NCBI GenBank assembly: GCA_937874465.1
Contig: CALNAX010000070.1
Span: 53,476 to 117,475 of the forward strand
Direction: 5' to 3'
DNA from: an uncultured Bacillales bacterium
GTDB lineage: Bacteria; Bacillota_I; Bacilli_A; RFN20; CAG-288
DNA: 64,000 nt
Positions 17,749 through 27,423 of this stretch are shown here, piece after piece. The notes under the pieces were generated by a model. It was not told where the DNA came from and made no database searches. It was given only the letters and a program-made list of their open reading frames with translations. The translations under genes and the position numbers were made by a program. Position 1 is the stretch's first letter. Each line of letters begins with the position of its first letter.

Positions 17749-18444
17749 ATGGCGAAAGCGAAACTGAACATCCCCAATAGGATCACGCTGATTCGTTTCG
17801 TCGGCTCTCTGGCGCTTTTCATATTGGTCTATGTCGGGTTGTTTGGCATAGGAGGTCAGGTGCCTACCACCCATTTCACCTACCTTGATCTCTTTTGCTT
17901 TGTCTTGTTCATCCTGTTGGCATCTACGGATGGCATCGATGGCCATATCGCCCGTTCGCGTAACCTTGTCACCGACCTAGGCAAGTTCATGGATCCGTTG
18001 GCGGACAAGATCTTGGTCGATGGCTCGCTGATCCTGTTGACCATCAGGGACCCCTTGCTTTTGCCTCCGGCCTTCACCGTCTTGCTTGTCGGACGGGATT
18101 TTGTAGTCGATGGCTTTAGGATGGTGGCCGCTTCCAAGGGCAAGGTCGTGCCTGCTGACATCTATGGCAAGGCCAAGACCTTGATGGAGATGATCTACAT
18201 CCCCATCCTGTTCTTGGGCGGCTTCCCCGTCAGCTATGTGGATTGGGCCGTGGATGCCGATGCGTTTGGGGCATTTTGGCAGCGCACCAGCATCTGGGAT
18301 TATTCCGGCGAGCTTTGGGCCATGGTGTTCTGTTTGGTCTTGGGCTTTGCCACGGTATGCATGTCCTTGATATCCGGCATAAGGTATCTTTATATCGGCC
18401 GGGAGTTCTTCAGGGACCAAGGAGGCCATGGCGATGGCAAGTGA
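17749..18444 (+). CDS. pgsA: CDP-diacylglycerol--glycerol-3-phosphate 3-phosphatidyltransferase
   Basis: CDP-alcohol phosphotransferase motif DGIDGHIAR..G..MDPLADK. The start is uncertain (17716, 17728 or 17749); I chose MAKAKLNIPNRITL. Confidence 0.85.
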   Translation: MAKAKLNIPNRITLIRFVGSLALFILVYVGLFGIGGQVPTTHFTYLDLFCFVLFILLASTDGIDGHIARSRNLVTDLGKFMDPLADKILVDGSLILLTIRDPLLLPPAFTVLLVGRDFVVDGFRMVAASKGKVVPADIYGKAKTLMEMIYIPILFLGGFPVSYVDWAVDADAFGAFWQRTSIWDYSGELWAMVFCLVLGFATVCMSLISGIRYLYIGREFFRDQGGHGDGK

Positions 18445-18922
18445 GGTCTTGGACCCTTCCAATTTGGTGAAGATGCTCTTCTATGTCCTGAAGGAGAAGA
18501 AACTCACCTTCTGCTCTTGCGAAAGCCTGACCGGTGGTCTGTTCGGGGCTACCATCTGCAGTGTCCCCGGTGCCAGCGATTTCTTCCGGGGTGGGGTCAT
18601 AACCTACGTCGATGACGTCAAGGCCCGGGTGGGCGTCTCTCGCGAAACCCTTTCCAAATACACCGCCATAAGCGAAGAGTGTGCCCGGGAGATGGCCCTA
18701 AGTGCGGCCAAGTTCACCGGCTCGGACGTCGGGATATCATTCACGGGCAATGCCGGACCCACGGCCCAGGATGGCAAACCCGTAGGCGATGTCTGGATCG
18801 GGATCAGCAAGGGTGACCAGGTCAAGGCCGTCCATTGCGCCTTCCAAGGCAATAGGAACGAGATAAGGCAATCGTGCGTCATGACGGGCCTCAGGCTATT
18901 GATCACCGCCCTTGGCGACTGA
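18434..18922 (+). CDS. CinA C-terminal domain protein (nicotinamide-nucleotide amidohydrolase PncC type)
   Basis: CESLTGGL..GASDFFRGGVITY motif. There is no N-terminal MoCF domain. The ATG at 18434 lies 8 nt after GGAGG; the ORF track opens at 18428. Confidence 0.8.
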   Translation: MASEVLDPSNLVKMLFYVLKEKKLTFCSCESLTGGLFGATICSVPGASDFFRGGVITYVDDVKARVGVSRETLSKYTAISEECAREMALSAAKFTGSDVGISFTGNAGPTAQDGKPVGDVWIGISKGDQVKAVHCAFQGNRNEIRQSCVMTGLRLLITALGD

Positions 18923-18978
18923 ATCCGTTGCGAAAGATCTTGGCAGAAACGACAATTTAGGAACGTGGAGGATGGCAT

Positions 18979-20049
18979 ATGGCAACAAGTGGCAAACAGG
19001 CTAAAGGCGATACCGGGGAAGTATCCAATCCCAACAACCGCAATGACAAGGAACTCGATGAGACTCTGAAGGAGATCGCCAAGGTCTATGGCAAGGAGGC
19101 GGTCATGAGGCTCGGGGATCGGCCCGCGACCGACATCGGCGCCATCCCGACTGGTTCGATGCTTTTGGACCAGGCTTTGGGAGTCGGTGGCTATCCCAAG
19201 GGGAGGATCGTCGAGATCTTCGGCCCGGAGTCGTCCGGCAAGACCACCTTGGCCCTCCAGGCCATAGCCCAAGTCCAAAAGAATGGCGGCAGGGCGGCCT
19301 TTGTCGATGCCGAGCATGCCATCGATCCCGAATATGCCGCGGCCTTGGGAGTCAAGATCGATGACTTGATCCTGAGCCAACCCGATTACGGTGAACAGGC
19401 CTTGGATATCGTCGATATGTTGGCCAAGGGCAATGCCTTCGATCTTATAGTGGTCGACTCGGTGGCGGCTTTGGTTCCCAAGGCCGAATTGGATGGCACC
19501 CTGTCTGATCAATCGGTCGGACTCCAGGCCCGCTTGATGTCCAAGGCCTTGCGCAAATTGGCCGGTCAGCTAAACCGTTCCAATTGCACGGTGATCTTCA
19601 TAAACCAGCTGCGCGAAAAGGTCGGGGTTTTGTTTGGCAGTCCCGAGACCACCACCGGCGGAAGGGCCTTGAAGTTCTACGCCTCGGTCAGGATCGACAT
19701 CAGGAAGGGCCCCGCCATCAAGGATGGGGATACCGTCATCGGTAACGAAGTGACCGTCAAGGTGGTGAAGAACAAGGTGGCCCCGCCCTACAAGATCTGC
19801 AAGCTTGACATGATCTTCGGCCAGGGCATCAGCCATGTGCACGAGTTGGCAAACCTTGCCCTGGGCTACGGCCTCATCGCCAAGTCCGGTTCGTGGTTCA
19901 GCTATGGTGATACCAAGCTGGGCCAGGGCACCTCGGCCATCTTCCGCTTCTTCAGCGAGCATCCCGACGAGGAAACCAAGATCGAGAAGACCGTCAAGGA
20001 CAACCTCAACAACGGTGTCGCCTACGATACAAAGCTGATGAATTGGTAG
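18979..20049 (+). CDS. recA: recombinase RecA
   Basis: [12 protein letters not shown] Walker A and [22 protein letters not shown]. Confidence 0.98.
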   Translation: MATSGKQAKGDTGEVSNPNNRNDKELDETLKEIAKVYGKEAVMRLGDRPATDIGAIPTGSMLLDQALGVGGYPKGRIVEIFGPESSGKTTLALQAIAQVQKNGGRAAFVDAEHAIDPEYAAALGVKIDDLILSQPDYGEQALDIVDMLAKGNAFDLIVVDSVAALVPKAELDGTLSDQSVGLQARLMSKALRKLAGQLNRSNCTVIFINQLREKVGVLFGSPETTTGGRALKFYASVRIDIRKGPAIKDGDTVIGNEVTVKVVKNKVAPPYKICKLDMIFGQGISHVHELANLALGYGLIAKSGSWFSYGDTKLGQGTSAIFRFFSEHPDEETKIEKTVKDNLNNGVAYDTKLMNW

Positions 20050-20053
20050 TGCC

Positions 20054-20084
20054 ATCGCTCCTTTGACTCGGGAGCGATTTTTTG
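20054..20084 (+). terminator. terminator after recA
   Basis: ATCGCTCC (20054-20061), loop, GGGAGCGAT (20070-20078), then TTTTT. Confidence 0.7.
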
Positions 20085-20344
20085 TCGTTAGATTTAAATT
20101 GTGGTTCCCACTCGTATATAATCCTTTTTGCGTGAAAGAGATTTCACCCGAAGACTGAAGACAATAATCCGCCGTGAAAGGCGTTGGCCTAGTAGACCTC
20201 ACGATTTACAGCTATTTGGCATCGATCTTGAAAACACAGAAAAGCTAGATTGCAACTTTGTTTTTTCTCACCACGTTTTCCGTGGTGGCCGCCCTTTTCC
20301 CGGCGCCGCGATTTTTTGGCTACGAAAGGAAACTGGATTGAAAG

Positions 20345-22006
20345 ATGGGAACACTTGAGATAGTTCTCATCGGTATCGGCTGCTTTGTCCTCGGCGCCAT
20401 CTTGGTTGGCCTCTTGACTTATTTTTTGGTGGTCAACAGGCAGAATAAAGCCCAAGGGAGCGCTAAGAGGATAATCGCCGAAGCTGATGAGAAAGCTGCC
20501 GGGATAGTCAACAAGAGCCGGGAAGACGCCGAGAATAATCTGAAGGTCAGCCGGGAGCAGGCCAATCTGGAGCTCAAGAGCGCCAAGGCCGATGGCGATG
20601 CCTATTTGGCCAAGGCCAAAGCCCAAGCCGAGGTATACAGGGCCCAGATCAAGGAGGAGGCGGAAAAGCAGATCGCCGACCGGAGAGGCGAGCTCGATGC
20701 CTACGAGCGGAAACTCGATGCCAGGGAGGATACCCTGGACAAGCGTGACACCGCCCTTACCAGCAAGGAGGCGGAACTCGGCTTGAAAGAGAAGGGACTA
20801 GCCGACCAGGGGGAGGCCCTGGCAAAAAGGGAGGCCAGTTTGAAGGTCAGCGAGGCCCAAGTGGACCAGGAATTGGCCAAGGTCGCCAACCTGACCATGG
20901 ACGAGGCCAAGAAGGCGATCATGGCCAAGGCGGAGGAGCGCTCAGCCGCCGAAGTGGCCCAATATCTGGAAGACAGGAGGGAGGAGGCCGAATCGGCGGC
21001 CGAGGACAAGGCACGAGACATCTTGGCCTTGGCCTGCGAACGCTATTCCCAGGATGTGGCCGTGGAGAAGACCACCACTACCGTCTCCTTGCCAAACGAT
21101 GAGATGAAGGGCCGCGTCATCGGCAGGGAAGGCCGCAACATCAAGACTTTGGAGGCGTTGATGGGCGTGGACATCCTTATCGACGATACCCCCGAGGTGC
21201 TGACCGTCTCCTGCTTCGATCCGGTCCGTCGCGAAGTCGCGGTCAAAAGCCTCGAGGCCTTGATCAAGGATGGCCGGATCCAGCCTGGCCGGATCGAGGA
21301 AGTGTACGAGAAGACCAAGGCGACCATCGACGATGACATACGGAAGACCGGCGATGAGACCGTCATGCGCCTTGGCCTGCCCCGGATCAACAAGGAACTC
21401 TGCAAATACATCGGGCGCTTGAAGTACCGCACCTCCTTCGGCCAGAACGTCTTGGATCATTCCATCCAGGTGGCGACCCTTTGCGGGATGATGGCGGCCG
21501 AGCTTGGAATCGACCAGACCATGGCCAAGCGCTGCGGCCTGTTGCACGACATCGGAAAGGCCGCCGACTCCGAGATGGAGGGAAGCCATGTCGAAATCGG
21601 GGTGAGGCTTGCCAAGAAGTACGGGGAACCCGATCAGGTCATAAGCGCCATCGCCTCCCACCACGGGGACGTTGAGAAGCGCTATGTCACCGATGAATTG
21701 GTCGTGGCAGCAGACACCCTTTCGGCCGCCCGGCCGGGAGCGCGTTCCGAGACCTTGGAGAACTACATCAAGAGGCTCGAGGACATCGAGAACATCTGCA
21801 AGTCCTATGACGGGGTCAAGAACTGCTATGCCCTCCAGTCCGGCCGCGACGTGAGGGTCATGGTGCTGCCGGAGAAGGTCGATGACAGCGGCATCGTCCT
21901 CTTGGGGCAGAAGATCAGGGATCGGATCCAGTCCGAGATGACCTATCCGGGAAACATCAAGATAACCGTCATAAGGGAGACGCGCCATGTCGAAATCGCC
22001 AAGTGA
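20345..22006 (+). CDS. rny: ribonuclease Y
   Basis: N-terminal TM helix, coiled-coil region, KH domain (GRVIGREGRNIKTLE) and HD domain (LLHDIGKA). Confidence 0.95.
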   Translation: MGTLEIVLIGIGCFVLGAILVGLLTYFLVVNRQNKAQGSAKRIIAEADEKAAGIVNKSREDAENNLKVSREQANLELKSAKADGDAYLAKAKAQAEVYRAQIKEEAEKQIADRRGELDAYERKLDAREDTLDKRDTALTSKEAELGLKEKGLADQGEALAKREASLKVSEAQVDQELAKVANLTMDEAKKAIMAKAEERSAAEVAQYLEDRREEAESAAEDKARDILALACERYSQDVAVEKTTTTVSLPNDEMKGRVIGREGRNIKTLEALMGVDILIDDTPEVLTVSCFDPVRREVAVKSLEALIKDGRIQPGRIEEVYEKTKATIDDDIRKTGDETVMRLGLPRINKELCKYIGRLKYRTSFGQNVLDHSIQVATLCGMMAAELGIDQTMAKRCGLLHDIGKAADSEMEGSHVEIGVRLAKKYGEPDQVISAIASHHGDVEKRYVTDELVVAADTLSAARPGARSETLENYIKRLEDIENICKSYDGVKNCYALQSGRDVRVMVLPEKVDDSGIVLLGQKIRDRIQSEMTYPGNIKITVIRETRHVEIAK

Positions 22007-22790
22007 ACTGAGCGTCCTCTTCTTCGGGGACTGCGTCGGCAAGATGGGCCGTCTGGCCTTGGCCAAGGGCCTGCCGCTTCTCAAGGACAGGTACCAGGCC
22101 GACTTCACCATCGTCAACTGCGAGAACGCGACCCACGGCCGCGGCTGCAGCCACGAACACTACGAGGAGCTGCTTAAGGCCGGGGCGGACTGTTTGACTT
22201 CCGGCAACCACTTCTACGATTCCCGCGACGTGTTCAGGCCCGAATACGACTTCTCCAAGCTGGTCAGGCCCTTGAACATGGGACCCAAGGCACCCCTTTC
22301 GGGCAGTCGGGTCTTCAATGTCAATGGCTACACCCTTAGGATCACCAACCTCATCGGGAGGGTCGAGGTCCCCGGGGCCCAAAGCAATCCCTTCACCGAT
22401 ATGGATCAGCTCTTGGCGACAAGCAGTGAGGACTTCCACATCGTGGATTTCCATGCCGAGGCGACGGGGGAGAAGCGCTGTCTGGCCGAATACCTTGATG
22501 GGCGCATCAGCCTGTTCGTCGGCACCCATACCCATGTCCAGACCAACGATGCCAAGATCCTGGACCGGGGGACCTGCTTCATAACGGACCTTGGGATGTG
22601 CGGGGCCGATGACTCCTGCTTAGGCATGGGCAAGGACAATGCCATCGCCAAGGTGGCCTTCGGCTTGCCCCTTCCTTTCCAGCCTTTGGAGACCGGCATG
22701 GCAAGGCTTGATGGCATTCACGCCGTATTGGGCCTGGACCACAAAGGAGCCTTGATCGAGCCGATATCGTTCAAAGTCAACATTGCCTAG
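21987..22790 (+). CDS. ymdB: YmdB-family metallophosphoesterase (2',3'-cyclic-nucleotide 2'-phosphodiesterase)
   Basis: VLFFGDCVGKMGR..VNCENATHGRG. It overlaps the rny 3' end, which is conserved rny-ymdB synteny. Confidence 0.85.
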   Translation: MSKSPSELSVLFFGDCVGKMGRLALAKGLPLLKDRYQADFTIVNCENATHGRGCSHEHYEELLKAGADCLTSGNHFYDSRDVFRPEYDFSKLVRPLNMGPKAPLSGSRVFNVNGYTLRITNLIGRVEVPGAQSNPFTDMDQLLATSSEDFHIVDFHAEATGEKRCLAEYLDGRISLFVGTHTHVQTNDAKILDRGTCFITDLGMCGADDSCLGMGKDNAIAKVAFGLPLPFQPLETGMARLDGIHAVLGLDHKGALIEPISFKVNIA

Positions 22791-22832
22791 GAGATCACTG
22801 GACAATAAGCGCTTACAAAGGCTAATGCTTTG

Positions 22833-22861
22833 TTGCTTGACAAGGGCATAAATGGTATATT
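22833..22861 (+). promoter_or_regulatory. candidate promoter for spoVS
   Basis: TTGCTT, 17-nt spacer, TATATT preceded by TGG (extended -10). Confidence 0.45.
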
Positions 22862-22888
22862 CCTACGTTGAAGAAGGAAACTTAAACC

Positions 22889-23275
22889 ATGCAAGCACTA
22901 AAAGCCAGTTCTACTACTGTGATACAGAAGCTCGCCGGATCGATCGCGATCAACATCCGCAACGAGGGCGTAGTCACTGTGACCGTAGTCGGTGCATCCG
23001 CACTCAACCAAGCCATCAAGGGATGCATCGTCGCCCGTCGTTTCTTGAAGGATGACGGCAATATCGACATCACCGTCCAGCCTTCGTTCGTCCCCATCAA
23101 GGGCGATGTATTGAAGGATGGCGAGGAGTCCGTCACCGGCATTCAGCTCTTGATCGAGAAGGCCCCCATCGAGCCTTTGCCTGAAGGCGCTGTTGCTCCG
23201 GCACCCCTTGAGCCTCGTGGACCCAAGGCCGAGCCCGCTGCCCCTGCCACTCCGTCCGTTCCGGAAAGCAAGTAA
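22889..23275 (+). CDS. spoVS: SpoVS-family protein with an Ala/Pro-rich C-terminal tail
   Basis: The first ~88 aa align to B. subtilis SpoVS (LKASSTT..VAGSIA..VGASALNQAIKGCIVARRFL). Another ~40 aa of P/A/E-rich sequence follow. Confidence 0.8.
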   Translation: MQALKASSTTVIQKLAGSIAINIRNEGVVTVTVVGASALNQAIKGCIVARRFLKDDGNIDITVQPSFVPIKGDVLKDGEESVTGIQLLIEKAPIEPLPEGAVAPAPLEPRGPKAEPAAPATPSVPESK

Positions 23276-23292
23276 TTTCACTTCGATTAGTT

Positions 23293-23322
23293 GAGCACTC
23301 CATTGGAGTGCTCTTTTATTTT
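23293..23322 (+). terminator. terminator after spoVS
   Basis: GAGCACTCC, loop ATT, GGAGTGCTC, then TTTTATTTT. Confidence 0.8.
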
Positions 23323-23346
23323 GGCTGAAGGTCCATGGATTGGCTT

Positions 23347-23373
23347 AAAAAAAGACGCGGGCCTAGCCGCGTC
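23347..23373 (-). terminator. terminator of the minus-strand 245-aa ORF
   Basis: The minus strand reads GACGCGG-CTAGGC-CCGCGTC followed by TTTTTTT. Confidence 0.7.
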
Positions 23374-23409
23374 TTTCGAATGTTTGCCTTACCTGGGTAT
23401 TGGATTCGC

Positions 23410-24147
23410 TCAACCGTTTACGTCGGTCTGGGCCTTGCTTATGGCAAGGGCTAGATCGGCATGGTCAGCCAAGAAGGCGGAATCGGTCAGATCGACATCT
23501 CCGATATCGGAGAAGACATACGTCAGTGTTCCGCCTAAGCCTGAATAGGTGAAGTTTACGACCAGCGTGACCGTTCCCGCTTCTTCGTCCACAAAGCCCT
23601 TGACGGCGGTGATCACCTTGCTGCTACCGGTCGTCTCGAAGTAACCGTAGTCGCCTAGGGCAAAGTCCAAAGGACCGAACAGGACCTTTCTCAGGGCATA
23701 TGAATAATTGGCATCGAAAGTGAGGTTTTTGGAACTGTAGCCTTGTAGCGAGAACCCCGTTTCCGTCCCGCTCACCAGGTTGTGGCTTATGGCCGGGAAA
23801 TCGATTTGGACATCGTCGTCACTGTAGTCGGTGCCGTATGTAATACCGCTGAAGTTGTAGAAGGCACTGTCCTCGGTGGAATCGGCATCATAGCCATAGA
23901 ATTTGTAGTAATTGTCCGCATCGCTCTTCACCGCGACCATCCGGTAGTCATAGTCGATGGTCCCGACCGTCTGGGTGGCAGGGGCATCGTTGGCGATTAT
24001 TCCATGGGGTACGTCATAGTAGATGTCATCATAGAAGGTGCTCATGAAGGAGTTGGTCGCCCCATCGGGGAGGCCATCCTGACCGACGTTGTCGCTAGTG
24101 CTAACCGTCAGGTGGAAATTGCCGTCGGCAATCTTACCCAATATCAC
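23410..24147 (-). CDS. Asp/Ser/Tyr-rich protein, paralogous to part of the 649-aa secreted protein; probably a 5'-truncated remnant
   Basis: The 245-codon frame opens at a GTG immediately after an in-frame TAG. It has no signal peptide and no SD. The C-terminal region (VTLVVNFTYSGLGGTLTYVFSDIGDVDLTDSAF) matches the pattern VTGIEFYQDVDYDNGIYDSFSATFSDIGSTDNGFDPSAV in the 27424-29373 product. Confidence 0.5.
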   Translation of the reverse strand: MILGKIADGNFHLTVSTSDNVGQDGLPDGATNSFMSTFYDDIYYDVPHGIIANDAPATQTVGTIDYDYRMVAVKSDADNYYKFYGYDADSTEDSAFYNFSGITYGTDYSDDDVQIDFPAISHNLVSGTETGFSLQGYSSKNLTFDANYSYALRKVLFGPLDFALGDYGYFETTGSSKVITAVKGFVDEEAGTVTLVVNFTYSGLGGTLTYVFSDIGDVDLTDSAFLADHADLALAISKAQTDVNG

Positions 24148-27100
24148 CTATGCCGAGCCTACCGATTCGACCATAACCGTAAGCGCTGATTCTGCGGATT
24201 CCGATTCAAACAGCGGGAAGAACTTCAGCAGCGAGACTATGAACGTCGACAATTGGGACGAGACCCCCAACAAAGGCGCGGGTGTGTCTATCGGCGTGAT
24301 AGACACAGGACTTTTCGGTGACCAAGTGGCTTCCTCTGCCTCCGATACTTCAAGCAAGGCCTTCCGCCCTTTGGCTGATGGCGTGGCCCAGGAGTTTTCA
24401 CCGCTGCCTCGATCGATGCCAAGCGTGGCTCCCTTAAAGGCGCCTCGGGGCAATACATAAACAGCAAGATAATCTTTGCCTACGACTATGCCGATGGCGA
24501 CAACAACGTACAGCCTAAAAGCGGTAATGAGCATGGAACGCATGTTGCATCCCTGGCGGCCGGAAATGGCTACACCTATAAAGGCGTTGCCCCGGATGCG
24601 CAAATAGCAGTGCTAAAGGTCTTTTCCGATGGCTCGAGCGGTGCCAGTTCCGAGGATATACTGTCAGCCCTTGAGGATGCCTATACCCTTGGGCTGGATG
24701 TCGTGAACATGTCATTGGGTCAGCCGACCGTCCAATTCCCTGGCCTTGATGAGACGGCTGAAGGCAAGGCGATTTCGGCCTTGAAGGCCAAGGGAACCAT
24801 TGTCAATATCGCGGCGGGAAACGAAGGCCGCGATCAGTTCTCCGGGGCCTATGCCAACTATGTATCCACCGATGTGGTCGAAGGCTCCGAGTTGGGCATG
24901 TATAGTCTCTACGACGATGCCAACATAGTCGCCTCTTCCGAATTGGACAAATCCCTCGAGGATATGTTGGCTGTGACCGGCAAGGAGGATTCGGCCTTTG
25001 CCTTCGTGGATTCGGTCTCGGGATATTCGTTTGCGGATCTGTTCTCCGAAAACGAGACCGTTTCTTATTACTACACGGCAGGATATGGCACTTCCGACAT
25101 AACGGAACACACCGTTGACATAAAGGGCAAGGTCTGTGTCGTATTGAGAGGTGGCGATGTTACCTTCGAGACCAAGGTCGAGAACGCGGCAGCGGCCGGG
25201 GCCATAGGCGTGGTCCTGATAAACACTTCCGACGATACCAACATCTCACCTAGCTTTGGAGATTATGTCCCTACCTTCCCCGTGGTGGTTTCCCCGCTTT
25301 CGGCCGAGGATTCCTTTGGCACCTAAGCCGGTTCCGGAAGCCTGGAAGTATATCAGCAGGTAGTCGACAATTCCCTTGCCAATACCGTCTCCAGTTTCTC
25401 TAGCGACGGAGCGGGCACAAACCTTGAACTGAAACCTGACATATCGGCTCCGGGCAGCAGCATCTACGCTGCGGTCATGGGTGGCTATGAATACATGTCC
25501 GGGACGTCGATGGCTACGCCCAACATCTCAGGTGCCACAGCCCTTCTTTTGGGCGAACACACCGGGACGGACAAGGAGAGTTACCGTGACAGCCTTATGG
25601 CACGGATGCAATCCACCACAACGATCCTCAACGATTCCTCGGCGGCGGAATCGAGTGCGGATCCAAACTATGCTTCGCCTCGCACCCAAGGCGCAGGGAT
25701 GGTCAACGTCGCCGATGCCGCCGCGTCCAACGTCTATCTCGAAAGCGTGGATTCCACGGGGCAGGGCACTGGCTCGGCCAAGATAGAGTTCAAGAATACC
25801 GCGCCCTTTAGCGAAGGCAAGATAAATGTCTACTTCTTGGCCCATAACGAGAGTTCGTCCAGCCAGACCTATACCGCTTCCCTTTATGTCGCCGTGCCTA
25901 AGGCTACCACCGCCTTGACGGCTACCGAACAGTCCACCTTGGCTTCTTCGGGCTATGGAGACATCTTCCCCGCCAAGCTTGCGACTTCCTATGTGCAAAG
26001 CACGCAGGACAAGTTGATTGGGGTCTATGACTATGGGACTACCATCACCATAGAGCCGGGTGACTCGACCATCTCCCTTGGCGAAGTTGATGTCGACACC
26101 GCTTTCGACAATGCGCTGTCAGATTATATTGATGAATACTATGAGGATGGCACCTACCTTGAGGGCTATGTCGTGCTGACGCCTACGGAATCCAATGACT
26201 CTTCCGTGGAGTTGAGCATGCCATACTTCGGCTTCTACGGGGACTATTCCGCCGCTCCGGCCACCGAGCCTTTCGATTTTGAGAATACCGCTGACAAGGT
26301 CTACACTTCCGACTTCCTAAACATCATCTCCTCAGTCTACACCGGGTATGTCAATTCATATGCTGACTTTGGCTCGCATATCTACTATGGAAGCGGCGTC
26401 GACAATTATCAGACCGCCTTCCTCTATAACTATCTGGGCTATGCGTCCGTGAGCGACTTCGGCCTCAACAAAGTGACCTCCAGTGACTTTGTGGTCGGAG
26501 CTGAGGGGGTATCCGATCAGCTGTTCATACAGCAATTCGTGAATCGAACCGTGATAAATGGCACGGTATCCATAGCCAGTGCCAGCGATTTCTCAGACAA
26601 GTTGAACACGACGACCATTGTCGGCCTTCCCTATGATTTCGACGATTACGGTTATCCCAACCTGCTCCTGAAGTCCATCCCGACCGCCACGTTCCTTAGC
26701 AGTGGGTTCTATGCTCCGATGGCAGTCGCGGAAATCGATCTTACCGATGGGGAAGGGAATGCTTTGCCAAGCGGGGACTATGTCCTGACTTTCGACTATA
26801 CCTTGGAAACAACCGACAACGATGGCAACAACATAGTGCAGCAGAAGGAAGTGCCATTCACCATAGATTCCTCCACCGAGTCAAAGGTTACGGGTATCGG
26901 AACCACGGCCTTGGGTTGGCCTAAGGTGTTCTTCAGCGAAGACGTTACCAATGTGTACGTGGATGATAAACGCATACCTATGTCCGGGGGAGGTGTTGCC
27001 CTTAAATCCTCTTGGGTCGATAGCCGGGGGTATATCCAGATTACGGCGGAGACCGCAAACGGATATCAGATCCAGGTCTTGCTGGACTACGACTCCGGTA

Positions 27101-27411
27101 CTGAAGCGTTGATAGGCTCGAGTCTAAGCGATGTCAGCCTGTTCTATTTCGAAAAGCTCGAAACGTCTTCGGGAGTGGAACTTGAGGCGCACGTGGTTGA
27201 TTCGGATGGCCAGTCGGTCTCAGGGTTCTTCGACAATGTCCATGGGTTTGCGGCCTTCGTGGGCACCGGCCTTACCGGTTCCGCCTATTACATCGATGGC
27301 TCCGGCCAGGAAGTGGCTTTGGATTCGTCTGATTATTCCTACGATTCTTCGACGGGAGTCTTGGTAGTCAACAATCTGCCAGCGGGTGTCACCACCTTTG
27401 GAATCAAGTGA
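24089..27411 (+). pseudogene. subtilisin-family (S8) serine peptidase with PA-domain insert, disrupted
   Basis: The Asp motif GVIDTG (Asp codon 24302-24304) is in one frame. HGTHVAS (His 24532) and AAGNEG are in a second frame. An in-frame TAA lies at 24324+1000, that is 25324-25326, before LKPDISAPG and GTSMATP (Ser 25507). No signal peptide or credible start lies upstream. Confidence 0.8.
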
Positions 27412-27423
27412 GGCTAATGCAAA

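Noticed and set aside
17102-17946. Minus-strand ORFs of 100-222 aa overlapping 17100-17950.
   Set aside because: They overlap the type B RNase P RNA and the gpsB/pgsA coding regions, so they are artefacts.
24118-24132. Near-perfect palindrome ATTGCCGTCGGCAAT close to the head-to-head junction, considered as a possible invertase site or phase-variation switch.
   Set aside because: No recombinase gene is in the window, and I found no matching inverted repeat at the other end of any plausible invertible segment. Inverting the segment would not restore either gene's N-terminus.
24148-24603. 151-aa antisense ORF in the same frame as the 245-aa ORF, separated only by the TAG. It looks like a possible missing N-terminus with a hydrophobic segment.
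   Set aside because: The plus strand here encodes canonical subtilase blocks (GVIDTG, YDYADGDNN, HGTHVAS), so the minus-strand frame is a shadow ORF. Readthrough of the TAG is not supported.
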